From positions 544,001 to 608,000 of the forward strand of contig OZ250150.1 of the NCBI GenBank assembly GCA_965237675.1: a stretch of 64,000 nucleotides of DNA, given 5' to 3'. Below, piece after piece: positions 29,954 to 40,732 of the stretch. Position numbers and translations under genes: made by a program. Numbering within the stretch: position 1 is the first letter of the stretch; each line of letters starts with the position of its first letter. This DNA comes from Candidatus Latescibacterota bacterium. GTDB lineage: Bacteria > Latescibacterota > UBA2968 > GCA-2709665. Under the pieces are notes generated by a model. That model searched no databases and was not told where the DNA came from. It was given only the letters and a program-made list of their open reading frames with translations.

Positions 29954-30064
29954 CACGTCGCTTCAATCATGAACCTCCGGTTGAAGGGTTCCGGGAGCTT
30001 ATCGACATAATGAAGCGAGCCCGACGTTTCGACGGGAAACCCGGCTTGCGGGCCGCACACAAAT

Positions 30065-30102
30065 AGCCCCGACAATGAAAAGTTATCGGGGCTTTGTGTT
30101 TT
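30065..30102 (+). terminator. Intrinsic terminator-like hairpin
   Basis: AGCCCCGA...TCGGGGCT followed by TTGTGTTTT, between convergent genes. Confidence 0.55.
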
Positions 30103-30176
30103 GGGGGCGGGCGGGGATCCGTTTCACCCGTTCGAAGGTGAATGAAAAACCCGCGGGATCCTGTTCTCCAGGCGAT

Positions 30177-32288
30177 TTACCACATCACACGAAAAGATGT
30201 CGCCGTGCTCACCTCCTGCCGGCTGTTCAAATCTAGAACATTCACGCGGAATTCCCTGGGCCCGGGGAACATCTCCAGGTTCAACACCTGATAAATCGGC
30301 TCCCACGCCTGCGATCCCTTGTGGGTGTAGGAAACCGCCGTGGTCCATTCCGGATCCGCCGCCTCGTCTTCCTTTGTGGTTCGGATCTGGTAGGTCACCT
30401 GATAGTTGGTGGCGCCGAACCGATCTTTCTGCAGATTGTAAATTTCGTAGTAGAAGTACGCCTGCGCGCCCTGCTGATACTGTTTGAGCGGATTGGGCAG
30501 AATGAGGTACTGCTCCCGCCCGTAAGTCGCTTGCTCCCTTTCAACAATTCGACGCGCAAGCAGCATATCGCTCACACTCAGCGAATCGAATCCGAATGTC
30601 CCAACCCGCAACACGCTCCGAAACGTACCTATCGATTTTGTCTTCCGATCCTCAGCCTCTGCCGCGATGAAATATTTCCCCGGCGCCAGCATCAGCTTCT
30701 CGCTGGCAAACAGATATCCTTCCCGGGTCGCCGCATATTGTACCCACGGCATCACATCCACCCTTCCGACGTCCTTCCTCAACGTATCCCAATTGGCGTC
30801 GAACAGGAACAGACCCTGGCGTATTTCCACGGCCTGCGCCCCGGTTTGCGCCTCTATGTGCTGTACTTCCTCTCCCGGAAGCGCGTAATATACCTCCACT
30901 CTGGCCTTGTCGCCGTCCCCTCGAAATCGGGCAATCTGGTAAGGCGCATCGTACCGCTCCCATTTATATGGATCCTTATAGTACTCCGGTACCTTTGTCG
31001 TCATCGCGTCGAAATCCACCGGCCGATTCCCCAACCAACCCACCCGATAGCGCCAGGTATCCCGCGCATCCGTATTTGCAAACAGCAGCCGAAATCCGCC
31101 GTAGTCCCACATCTCCAGGCGGGGACGATGTTTATACGGCATCGACCCCTGCTGATTCAGCCAATACAGATGATCCTGGTACCACACCGGCTCATCCAGA
31201 CCGGTCTCGATCTCGGGCGGGCGGACACTCCTCGCCTCCGGACGTCCATACCGGATATACGCCTGCCCTTTGTCCGTCGTCCAGCCGGAAATTCCCCGTT
31301 CCGGATCTCCGAAACGCAGGTTGGCATACGCCACCCGTCCGCAATGTTCCATCAGGCGTTCGTTGATCGGCGTCAGGAATAACGGGTCCCGCCCCGTCCA
31401 GAATGCCCGCAACGCCGCGTCATCCGGCAGGTCTTCGTCCGCCTCCATGCTCTCTTTCCCCACCAGCATGAATACGGACATCATGAACTGCTGTTGGCGC
31501 GGCGACATCCGGCCCAATCCGTTCACGTAGGCCGGATAGGCACGCGTGAGTTCGTCCTGCGCCTGGTATGCCAACCCTGAAAAGAAATAAGCGTCCGGAT
31601 CGTCCGGGTGGCGTTTCAGAAAATCCTCGAATAGCAACGCCATTTTGTCGGACATCTGGGCTTCGTAATACACCAATCCCAACAGAAGCAGCGAGGGTCT
31701 GTGGTCCGGATCGACATTCAGCGCTCTGGTCAGATATCCAATCGCCTGATCCCGGTCTTCCTCCCCGAATCTTTCCAGACTGAACGATCTCGTGCGTCGA
31801 TTGCCCATATCGTCGTACTGATAATCGACCCGCTCGCCTTCCAGGTACCGGGACATCTGCCAGGCCGCGTACCGGCCGGCCAGGTACAGAGCGCCGACGT
31901 GGTCCGGATTCAGGTCAATCGCCCTTAATGCATTCTTATAGGCGTGTCCCCTTCTGCCCAGGGCCCATAGCACTCTCGCATACTCAATGCGAAAGTCCAT
32001 ATTCGTTTTGTCTTTCCGCATCGCCCGCCGCAGCCAGGTAGAGGCCTGTCTGCGTGTACCCGGCGTCCTTTCGTCGCTGTAGAGCCGGGCGAGTTCGTAC
32101 ATTGCCCATCCTGTATTGTCGGAGCGAATCGCCTCCCTGATAAGCTGTACACGTTTATTGTATTCAAACGTGGTGTCCAATGCCGCCGCAAGGAGCGAAT
32201 CCACCCGCATCGAAACCGCTCTCGAGGCTTCGACGGGCGCCGCGCAGACCAGAATGGCCCCCACAATCACATAAGCCAATGGCCGCAT
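30177..32288 (-). CDS. Secreted TPR + GWxTD domain protein
   Basis: Signal peptide MRPLAYVIVGAILVCAAPVEA, TPR-like helices, FW..RDP..LTP.NER and SGWTTDKGQAYIRYGRP. Confidence 0.85.
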   Translation of the reverse strand: MRPLAYVIVGAILVCAAPVEASRAVSMRVDSLLAAALDTTFEYNKRVQLIREAIRSDNTGWAMYELARLYSDERTPGTRRQASTWLRRAMRKDKTNMDFRIEYARVLWALGRRGHAYKNALRAIDLNPDHVGALYLAGRYAAWQMSRYLEGERVDYQYDDMGNRRTRSFSLERFGEEDRDQAIGYLTRALNVDPDHRPSLLLLGLVYYEAQMSDKMALLFEDFLKRHPDDPDAYFFSGLAYQAQDELTRAYPAYVNGLGRMSPRQQQFMMSVFMLVGKESMEADEDLPDDAALRAFWTGRDPLFLTPINERLMEHCGRVAYANLRFGDPERGISGWTTDKGQAYIRYGRPEARSVRPPEIETGLDEPVWYQDHLYWLNQQGSMPYKHRPRLEMWDYGGFRLLFANTDARDTWRYRVGWLGNRPVDFDAMTTKVPEYYKDPYKWERYDAPYQIARFRGDGDKARVEVYYALPGEEVQHIEAQTGAQAVEIRQGLFLFDANWDTLRKDVGRVDVMPWVQYAATREGYLFASEKLMLAPGKYFIAAEAEDRKTKSIGTFRSVLRVGTFGFDSLSVSDMLLARRIVEREQATYGREQYLILPNPLKQYQQGAQAYFYYEIYNLQKDRFGATNYQVTYQIRTTKEDEAADPEWTTAVSYTHKGSQAWEPIYQVLNLEMFPGPREFRVNVLDLNSRQEVSTATSFRVMW

Positions 32289-32560
32289 ACTGCCTCCTAT
32301 TACAGGTGGCTCCCAACGTCGCGAAACATGTAACATCGCCATAAATGGCAGTTTGACAACGAAATAAATGACCGGTATCATGTATACGAACGATCCGTCG
32401 AAAAGTTCTCCGCCATTTCCACACGGCTGGTATCTCAACTGGAAAAAACGCCGGAAATGAATTATGTTACGGTGTCCTGCTTTTGAGGACGTGTAATCCG
32501 GGGCGGAGACGCACATCGGCAGCCACGTTCCAATATAAAACCCTATCCTCGGAGATTTCC

Positions 32561-33631
32561 ATGTCCAGCCCCTACAGCCAGCCGCCTGAGGCCACCAGCC
32601 GCTGGATCAACGATCGCCAACGACTGCTTCGAAATGAATCCGAAGACTATCTTCGCAATGAAGTACTGAACTACGGCCCGCGGCAGGCCGCGCACTGGAA
32701 TCGGGACTACAGTTCGGTTGAAGCCTTTGAAAATTCAGTCGAAGCCAACCGCTGCCGCTGGCAGGAGACGATCGGCATCTTTGATTGCGACGACACCCCA
32801 CTCGAACCGGTACTGGATCCATGGTACGAAGACGACATGTTCACCGCGTGGTGGCTTACCATCGGATTATTGGGCAATTTGAAAGGCCGCGGAATACTCG
32901 CCCTGCCCAAAGGCACGGACGATCCTGTCCCGCTTGTCATCGCCCAGCACGGTATCGGATCGTCGCCCGAAAAGGCATTTGGCCTGGACGACCCGGGCGA
33001 TCTGTACAAATCCTACGGTCGTCGCCTGGCGGAAGAGGGGTTTGCCGTCATCGCTCCGATGAATATCTCGGGCGCCTCTCCTCGAGCCCGGCAGGAACGC
33101 CTCTGCAAGCTCCTGGGCAAAACCCTTTGGGGCCTCGAAATCTTCCGTACCCGGCGCCTCCTGGACTACCTGGAAACCCGCCCTGAAATCGATACCAAAC
33201 GCACAGCCATGTATGGTATCAGCCTTGGCGGCGCCTACACCATGTTCGCAACTCCGGTCGAACCCCGCATCAAAGCCGCCGTTGTCTGCGCCTGGTTTAA
33301 CCACAGGCGCAATAAAATGGTCGTGGACGACCCCCGATACAGCTGCTTTCTTTCCGTAAACGAAGAACATGTATGGATTCCCGGTTGGCTGAGCGCATTC
33401 ACCGACAGCGACCTGGTTTCCCTCATTTGCCCCCGTCCCCTGCTGGTCGAACAGGGCAAAGCCGACGGCATCGCCTGGTGGCCGATGATGCTCGAGGAGT
33501 ATCACCTCGCCTGCGAACACTACGCCAAACTCGGTTTATCCGAAAGTATCGAAATTGACCTTCACGAAGGCGGCCACGAGATTCGGCTCGACAAGAGCCT
33601 TCGATTTCTCAAGAAATGGTTGGCGCTGTAG
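32561..33631 (+). CDS. Alpha/beta hydrolase (dienelactone hydrolase/esterase-like)
   Basis: GISLGG nucleophile elbow, LICPRPLLV, GGHE. Confidence 0.82.
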   Translation: MSSPYSQPPEATSRWINDRQRLLRNESEDYLRNEVLNYGPRQAAHWNRDYSSVEAFENSVEANRCRWQETIGIFDCDDTPLEPVLDPWYEDDMFTAWWLTIGLLGNLKGRGILALPKGTDDPVPLVIAQHGIGSSPEKAFGLDDPGDLYKSYGRRLAEEGFAVIAPMNISGASPRARQERLCKLLGKTLWGLEIFRTRRLLDYLETRPEIDTKRTAMYGISLGGAYTMFATPVEPRIKAAVVCAWFNHRRNKMVVDDPRYSCFLSVNEEHVWIPGWLSAFTDSDLVSLICPRPLLVEQGKADGIAWWPMMLEEYHLACEHYAKLGLSESIEIDLHEGGHEIRLDKSLRFLKKWLAL

Positions 33632-33744
33632 CCGGTCCCGTCTCACGACGCCGAAAGCCGGGACCCAGTGGTTAGCTGAATTTCGTTCTGAATCTTGACG
33701 GCTGAACCATACCGTCTATAAGACATAACGCAAAGGGAAAAAAC

Positions 33745-34743
33745 ATGGTTAAACTCGGTGTCTTCGGATGTGCAGGCATTGCGACCCATCAGCTGAGTTC
33801 CGTCTGGGACGACAATCGCTTCGAAGTGGTAGCCGGCGCGGATGTCCGGCCGGCACAACTCGACCTGTTCAGGGGAAAATTCGACATGCAGCACGGGTAC
33901 ACCGACTACCGTATCCTGCTTGCCGAAGCCGATATCGAAGCGGTTATGATCTGCACGCCCACCTTCCTCCATCCGGAAATGGTCATCGCCTCCGCCGAGG
34001 CCGGTAAACATATCTTCTGCCAGAAACCCATGGCAATGAGTTCGTACGATTGTTACCGCATGATCCAGACCTGCCGCAAATCCAACGTGGGACTCCAGAT
34101 CGGTTTCGTGCGGCGTTTTGACAGCGACTGGGGCACGGTCAAAAGGGTGGTCGAATCGGGCCGGCTGGGCAAACCTGTTCTCTGGCGCCAGATCGCCGGT
34201 GGCTCGCCCCCGGGCAGCCCGTTCTTTATGGACCGGTTTCAGGGCGGCGGACCGATGATTGACGGAATGGTCCACAACTACGACTTCGCGGTTCACTGTT
34301 TCGGTGAACCCGTGGAAGTCAAGTCCATGCCAATGAAAATTCACCACACATCCACGGCCTGGGATACGGGCACCGTCCTCGTCCGCTTCGAACGGGGCGA
34401 CGCCATTATGTGCTCCTGGACCTGGGGACTGCCGGCCGGCGTTCGCACCGGAGGCGGCACGGACATCATCGGTCCCAAGGGCGCACTCTTGTTTCCTGGA
34501 AACTACGATCCGAAAGTGGCCGAAGACAAATACGACTCCGACACCCAGGGCGCCTACCTCCTTACCATGGCCGACGGCGAAGAGGAAGTCATCCCCTTCG
34601 AAAAGAAGAACATGTTTCGGGATGAGATGCGGCATTTTGCCGATTGGGTTCAGCGCGGAGCCGATCCGCTCGTCACGGGTGAAGACGGTCTGTGCGCCAC
34701 CCGAATCGCCGAACTCGCGCTCAACGGCGGCGGTCTGTATTAG
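33745..34743 (+). CDS. Gfo/Idh/MocA family oxidoreductase
   Basis: GVFGCAGIA, CTPTFLH, CQKPMA, GFVRRFD. Confidence 0.88.
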   Translation: MVKLGVFGCAGIATHQLSSVWDDNRFEVVAGADVRPAQLDLFRGKFDMQHGYTDYRILLAEADIEAVMICTPTFLHPEMVIASAEAGKHIFCQKPMAMSSYDCYRMIQTCRKSNVGLQIGFVRRFDSDWGTVKRVVESGRLGKPVLWRQIAGGSPPGSPFFMDRFQGGGPMIDGMVHNYDFAVHCFGEPVEVKSMPMKIHHTSTAWDTGTVLVRFERGDAIMCSWTWGLPAGVRTGGGTDIIGPKGALLFPGNYDPKVAEDKYDSDTQGAYLLTMADGEEEVIPFEKKNMFRDEMRHFADWVQRGADPLVTGEDGLCATRIAELALNGGGLY

Positions 34744-34826
34744 CCCAAGGAGCGTACGCAGCAAGCAGGAACAGAAAAAAAGTCATCGAAACGCTTGAAC
34801 GGATCTCCTACCATTAAGAGATATAC

Positions 34827-35711
34827 ATGACCCTGGTGCGCATCGCCCTGGCGCAGACACGCCAAACTGCGGATCGAGAGGACAACCGCCGCGCCATTCT
34901 CGAAGCCATCGACCGCGCGGCCTCCCAGAGCGTGCAAATCCTGTGTTTTCCCGAGACACAGACGATTGGCTACCGTGTAGACATTGCTTCCGCCGACGCA
35001 TCCGTGCCCGTCGCCTGGCTCAATAAGGTCCACGGCGAGGTTGCAGCACGATGCGCGAAGCACGGCATAGCCTGCATCCTGGGTACCGAAATGGCCTCCG
35101 ATAGCGGAAAGCCGTACAACACCGCTCTCGTGATCGATAAGGATGGGAACGTCCTGGGTAAACACCATAAGACAATGCTGACGCCACTGGACGCAATGGC
35201 CTACGAACGGGGAAACGCGCAGCACACGTTCAATCTTTCTGGCGTGCGCATTGGCGTGGTCATCTGCTTCGAAGCACTGCGCTTTGCGGAGACGACAGCC
35301 GAATGCGTACGCCGCGGTGCCCAGGTCGTCTTCCATCCGCAGAACAACACGACCCGTCCCAACGACTGGAAAATCCCCATCCACCACGCCATGATCGTCA
35401 CTCGCGCAGCCGAGAACACCGTTTGGTTCGCTTCTTGCAACGCCTGCCTCCCACACCAGAACAGCCGCAGCCTGATTGTAGCCCCCGACGGCCGCATACA
35501 CGGGCAGACGGAGCTGAAACAGGAGGAATTGTTGGTACGTGACATCGACATCCGGAAGGCAACGCGTGCGATGTTCCGCCTGGGAGAAGTCGGCTCAGCC
35601 GCGGGGGCGCTGGAACACAGCGCAAGCCTGCTCTTCGCCGACACGGTGAAGCCGGAAGAGTATGCCGCCGCGCGCGAGGTGAACAATTCCCCAACCGGGG
35701 CATCGCAATGA
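34827..35711 (+). CDS. Carbon-nitrogen hydrolase (nitrilase superfamily)
   Basis: E-K-C triad: FPE, HHKT, ICFE. Confidence 0.88.
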   Translation: MTLVRIALAQTRQTADREDNRRAILEAIDRAASQSVQILCFPETQTIGYRVDIASADASVPVAWLNKVHGEVAARCAKHGIACILGTEMASDSGKPYNTALVIDKDGNVLGKHHKTMLTPLDAMAYERGNAQHTFNLSGVRIGVVICFEALRFAETTAECVRRGAQVVFHPQNNTTRPNDWKIPIHHAMIVTRAAENTVWFASCNACLPHQNSRSLIVAPDGRIHGQTELKQEELLVRDIDIRKATRAMFRLGEVGSAAGALEHSASLLFADTVKPEEYAAAREVNNSPTGASQ

Positions 35712-37753
35712 CCACTCGAACCCTCCTGATTCTGGCCGTTCTCATCTGTACGGCGCCAACCCTGTATGCACAGGGCGAAGAAAACCCTCCCGACGTCGAC
35801 TTCAACGACGACGGCGCCGTCGACTTCCAGGATTTCATCCAGTTTGCACAAGCCTTCGGCACCAGACAGACCCTATATGACCTGGATAGCGACGGCACTG
35901 TCGCTTTTGGAGACTTCCTGCTCTTCGTCCGGGCGTTCGGCCAGACCGGCACCCCCATTCCTCAGATCCGCAATATCGGCATCCCTGTACGTTCCGTAAA
36001 CTGGGTTCGTCTTCATCCGGGTCGAAACAGTGAGGACCGCCCACGTGTGTACGTCACTATGGGGCAACAGGCCGACAACCTGTTCGTCCTCCAGATCGAC
36101 CCCGAAACCGGCGCATTTCAACAATTCCTATCCCCGGTACCCGGTTCGAATTACCCCACCGCCACCCTGATGAGCCGGTCAGGACGCCTTTACATCGGTT
36201 CCGCGTATGCTGGCCATCTCCTCTGTTTCGATCCCCGCCAGAACGCCCTTCTGGATCTGGGCGCCATCAACCCGGGAGCCGCCACCTTCCCATGCCAAAT
36301 CGACGAAGATCAGAACGGTCGCATCTGGATCGGTAGTTATCCAGGAGCCGACCTTACGGTTTACGATCCGAAAACAGGCGAGTTCACACGCTACGGTCGC
36401 ATGTCCAGCCTCGACAAGTACAACTATCCCCTGGTCGCCCCTGATGGAAAAATCGCCTGCCGCATCTGGCCGACACGGCCGCACGTCGTCGTCTTCGATC
36501 CCACCACGAAGGAAAGTTTCCTGGTCGGGCCGATAATATACAAGGGCCAGGGTACGCTCACTTTGGAAAGAAAAAGGGATGGCAACCTCTACGTCATCAC
36601 GTCGAACTACGGCAATTTCCAGATTTCCGGCAACGTAGGGATTCCCGTCACGAGTCTGCCGGGGCGCATACCCCGGCCCACGCTGCCCGACGGCAGCACG
36701 TTCTTTTTTGCGGACGCCACCGAACAGATCAATCGCACCCTCAGTATCCGCAGCCCCTTCGGCCGCGTCCGCTCTTTCGAGCTTGACTACAGGGCCAATG
36801 GCAGCGACATTTTCTATGTACACACCGGGCCGGACGGCCTTATCTACGGTTCCAGCATCCTGCCACTGCACCTCTTCCGCAACGATCCCGCCTCCGGTGA
36901 TCTCGTCGACCTGGGCAAATGTTCCAGTTCCGGCGGCGAAGCCTATTCCATGGCAAACCTGGAAGGTAAACTTTATATCTCTTCCTATCCGGCCGCTCGC
37001 ATTTCAGTCTATGACCCTTCACTCCCGTATCACTTTGGTTCAGGCCCGGATGACAATCCCCGCGACCTGGGCCGGCTGGACGACATCTCCTATCGGCCCC
37101 GTTCCACCCTCGCCGGTCCAATGGGCCGGGTCTGGATTGCGTCCGTACCGGACTACGGCCGGTGGGGCGGCCCCCTCGCCTATTACGATCCCGAGACCGA
37201 TGTCAGAAAATCCTACAAGCGCATCGCGGGGGACGCGAGTTGTTACACCCTCGCTCATCTGGAGCGCCAGAATCTTATCGCCGTGGGCACCAATATCCGC
37301 GGCGGCAGCGGGACGGATCCCAGAGTCAGCGAAGCCACGCTCTTTCTGTGGGATTACCACGCCGAAGAAAAGGCCTGGGAGGGCACGATTGAAGGTCGAA
37401 GCGCCCCCGTTTCGGTCTTCAATGCGTTAATCGTCGGCCCCGACGGACTGCTTTATGGCACGGTTCGAGGGGGTGGAGTCGATGAACTCTTCGTGTTCGA
37501 TCCCAACGCCCGCACCTTCACACACCGCATTTCCCTGCCCGGCGGAAGGCCGCTGGATCTGGGCCTTCTGAACGGACCGGACGGCAAAATCTACGGCTTC
37601 ACCAATACTCTCATCTATACTCTCGACCCGTCCACCCGTCACGTTGAGGAGGTACTCAACGTCATTGACGGTATCAGCATCGCAGGGCCTATTCTGGGCC
37701 AGGAGATTTTCTTCGCGACCGGAGCGGTGCTTCGGTCGGCCAACATATTCTAA
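35708..37753 (+). CDS. Secreted protein: dockerin/EF-hand-like pair + beta-propeller
   Basis: Signal peptide; DFNDDGAVDFQDF and DLDSDGTVAFGDF; repeated GPDGxIYG and xDPxT blades. Confidence 0.75.
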   Translation: MTTRTLLILAVLICTAPTLYAQGEENPPDVDFNDDGAVDFQDFIQFAQAFGTRQTLYDLDSDGTVAFGDFLLFVRAFGQTGTPIPQIRNIGIPVRSVNWVRLHPGRNSEDRPRVYVTMGQQADNLFVLQIDPETGAFQQFLSPVPGSNYPTATLMSRSGRLYIGSAYAGHLLCFDPRQNALLDLGAINPGAATFPCQIDEDQNGRIWIGSYPGADLTVYDPKTGEFTRYGRMSSLDKYNYPLVAPDGKIACRIWPTRPHVVVFDPTTKESFLVGPIIYKGQGTLTLERKRDGNLYVITSNYGNFQISGNVGIPVTSLPGRIPRPTLPDGSTFFFADATEQINRTLSIRSPFGRVRSFELDYRANGSDIFYVHTGPDGLIYGSSILPLHLFRNDPASGDLVDLGKCSSSGGEAYSMANLEGKLYISSYPAARISVYDPSLPYHFGSGPDDNPRDLGRLDDISYRPRSTLAGPMGRVWIASVPDYGRWGGPLAYYDPETDVRKSYKRIAGDASCYTLAHLERQNLIAVGTNIRGGSGTDPRVSEATLFLWDYHAEEKAWEGTIEGRSAPVSVFNALIVGPDGLLYGTVRGGGVDELFVFDPNARTFTHRISLPGGRPLDLGLLNGPDGKIYGFTNTLIYTLDPSTRHVEEVLNVIDGISIAGPILGQEIFFATGAVLRSANIF

Positions 37754-38020
37754 CCCGTTTCAGGTGTGAACAATACCGGCACTCCCCGGTCAATCCTCCC
37801 GCGTGGTTTTTTTGAGTTGCATTTACGCCGTTCAGGAGATATCCTTGGACCACGAATTATCGTTTGTAAGCCTTCCGCCGGACGGAAAGCGGGTGGCTAT
37901 ATAAGGAGCGACGCTTTGCTCAGACTCGCCACAGGCGTCCTTCCTGCCGAACCTGAATATCAATCCCGACATCCGTTCGTAACTCTCTGACCGTGTGTAC
38001 TACCGCGTTAGGTATCCCCA

Positions 38021-39090
38021 TTGGCCGCTAAATCCACCGACAGAAAGCTCCGTATCGCCTTCATCGGCGCGGGCGGCATCGCCGGAACCCACATGCGCTG
38101 TTTCGCGGAGATGGACGACGTTGAAATGATCGCCATGGCCGACATCTCGGAGACGGCCCTTGAACAGCGTTCGAAGGAATACGACATCGCCAATTGCTTT
38201 ACGGACTACACAACCATGCTACGCGAGGTCAAGCCTGATGCCGTAAGCATCTGCACGCCGAACGGCCTCCACGCCCCGACCACCATAGCCGCGCTTTCAG
38301 CGGGCGCTCACGTCATTGTCGAAAAACCCATGGCCATGAATGCCCGTGAAGGGATGGCTATGCTCGACACTGCAAGGAACCATCGTCGAAAACTCGTTGT
38401 CGGCTTCCAGCAACGCTTCGACCCCAAGAGCCAATTCATCAAGAAAGCCGTGGACAGCGGCCGGCTGGGCAGGGTCCTCTTCGGCCGCGTGCAGGCCCTG
38501 CGCAGGCGCGGCATTCCCAACTGGGGTGTTTTCGGCCGGAAAGAACTCCAGGGCGGCGGTCCACTCGTCGACATTGGCGTACATGTACTGGAGGCCGCAC
38601 ACTATGTCATGGGCTCGCCCAGACCCGTCGCAGCCAGCGGAAACGCCTTCACATACCCCTCGGCAACAGGAAATCAGAAACGGCCTGCAGGTGGCCCGAC
38701 TGGGATCACGAGACCTACACTGTCGAAGACCTGGCCATCGGCCAGATCCGTTTTGAAGACGGCGCCGTGATTCACATTGAATCCAGCTTCGCCGCACACA
38801 TCCAGTCCGACGTCTGGAACTTCCAGCTTATGGGCGAAAAAGGTGGCGCCACCTGGAATCCTCCGTCCATCGCCAGGGACGACAACGGATACATGGTCAA
38901 CACTGAACCAGGCTGGCTGCCAAAATCTGATTTCGGTTCGGTTTTTGGCGCCAAACTTCGCAACTTTGTAGACCATATCCTTTACGACAAACCCACTCTT
39001 GCACCCGCCGAACATGGCCTGATGGTACAACAGATGATGGACGCCATTTACGAATCCGCCTATAAGGGACGCGAAGTTGGCATCGATTGA
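38021..39090 (+). pseudogene. Gfo/Idh/MocA oxidoreductase, frameshifted in a C-run near 38656
   Basis: IGAGGIA, EKPMA, GGGPLVDIGVH; the other frame continues LGNRKSETACRWPDWDHETYTVEDLA into 38767-39090; may be a sequencing error. Confidence 0.8.
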
Positions 39091-39267
39091 CATGGTGCGT
39101 GGATCAGCGTTTCGCGTGCCTGGTCCAGGGGCTGAACGAAAGACGACGGATCGACGCTTTTCTTGAACCATCTATTACAACGGATTCAACAAGGACGACG
39201 CCTCTTACGGAGAGGCAGAATCCGATCCGTACGGTCATCAAAATACCTTTTTCCCTTCCCATACGGC

Positions 39268-40671
39268 ATGGAAATACCGATGAATACCGAAGACCTCGTG
39301 GCCGCATCGCGCCACCTGTGGCAGAGCTACTTCCACGGTGCGGAGCCGGAAAAACGCCCAATGACGATTACCCATGGCAAAGGCCTCTACATTTACGACG
39401 CCGAGGGAAACGAATATCTGGATACCTTTGCCTCCTTGCTCACGACCCTGTGCGGCCACGGTCGATCGGAGGTCATCGACGCGGTCAATAAACAGATGGA
39501 AAAATTGGCCTACTTTCCCGGCGGCCAGGACTACCTGATCGAACCAGCCGTCCGGCTCGCCGAAAAATTGGCCGAAATCGCCCCGGGAAGCCTCTCGGTC
39601 TCTTTCCTTGTCAACGATGGCTCGGAAGCCAATGAGGCGGCCATTAAACTGGCGCGCAGCTATTACTGGGCCAAAGGCGAAAAAAACCGCTTTAAGGTCA
39701 TATTCCGCCGAGGCTCATATCACGGCGCCACCCTCGGCGCGCTCTCCGCCACCGGCCTTGCCGGCGCTCGCGAGCCCTATGAACCTCTGCTCCCGGGATT
39801 CACCCACGCCATGCCGGCGAATTGTTATCGCTGCGAACTCGGCCTGGATCCCGAAACCTGTGCGCTGGCCTGCCTAAAGAATCTGGCATCCATTCTGGAA
39901 TGGGAGGGGCCCCAATCCGTCGCCGCCGTCATTATGGACCCCATCCCCGGCTCCAACACGGGCTTTCCCCTTCCCCCCGATGGATATTTGCAGGGCGTGC
40001 GTGATCTCTGCGACAGGCACGGTATCCTGCTTATCTTCGATGAAATTCAGACCGGTTTCGGCCGCACCGGAAGGATGTTCGCCTGTGAAAACTGGAACGT
40101 CACCCCGGACATTATGACCGTGGCCAAAGGCTTTTCCGGCGGTTATTTCCCCATCGGCGCCGCGATTGCAACCGAGGAGATTGCCGAAGCCTTTCGAAGG
40201 GCCGGCACCGGTTTTCGACACATCCGCACCTTCTCCGGCCATGCGGCCGCCTGCGCCGCCGCCCTCGCCCATATCGAAATCATACAGAACGAGAACCTCG
40301 TGCAACGCGCCGCCGAACTGGGTGTCTATTTCCAGAGAAAACTGAACGAACTCTACCGATATCCCCTGGTGGGAAGTATCCGCGGTCTCGGTACCCTCTG
40401 GGCCGTCGAACTCGTGGCGAACCGGGAAACAAGGGAGCCCCTGGATCCTTCCGGCAACGCAGGCAGCTTCGTCGCCGATTACTGCCGGAAGGACGGCATG
40501 ATTCTGCGCAATAACGGCGACGTTCTCGTCCTGGCTCCCGCCCTCGTGATAACCTGCGAACAGGCAGACCGGATTCTCGATCTTCTCCACGAAGCAATTG
40601 GCGAGGCGATGAATCATTGCAATAAAAACGGGGGTCGCCTGCGATGGCTGAAACCAGGGGTTGGCAGTTGA
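39268..40671 (+). CDS. Class III aminotransferase (omega-amino acid / taurine:pyruvate-like)
   Basis: GSEANE, SYHG, FDEIQTGFGRTG, PDIMTVAKG. Confidence 0.9.
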   Translation: MEIPMNTEDLVAASRHLWQSYFHGAEPEKRPMTITHGKGLYIYDAEGNEYLDTFASLLTTLCGHGRSEVIDAVNKQMEKLAYFPGGQDYLIEPAVRLAEKLAEIAPGSLSVSFLVNDGSEANEAAIKLARSYYWAKGEKNRFKVIFRRGSYHGATLGALSATGLAGAREPYEPLLPGFTHAMPANCYRCELGLDPETCALACLKNLASILEWEGPQSVAAVIMDPIPGSNTGFPLPPDGYLQGVRDLCDRHGILLIFDEIQTGFGRTGRMFACENWNVTPDIMTVAKGFSGGYFPIGAAIATEEIAEAFRRAGTGFRHIRTFSGHAAACAAALAHIEIIQNENLVQRAAELGVYFQRKLNELYRYPLVGSIRGLGTLWAVELVANRETREPLDPSGNAGSFVADYCRKDGMILRNNGDVLVLAPALVITCEQADRILDLLHEAIGEAMNHCNKNGGRLRWLKPGVGS

Positions 40672-40732
40672 AATCCAGATCTCACACGGGTTACCTGGCA
40701 GCGTGCTTCGTTTCACAGGGACACAATACCTG

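Noticed and set aside
30015-30040. tmRNA-like GTTTCGACGGG
   Set aside because: No GGGG 5' acceptor end, tag ORF or 3' TCCACCA.
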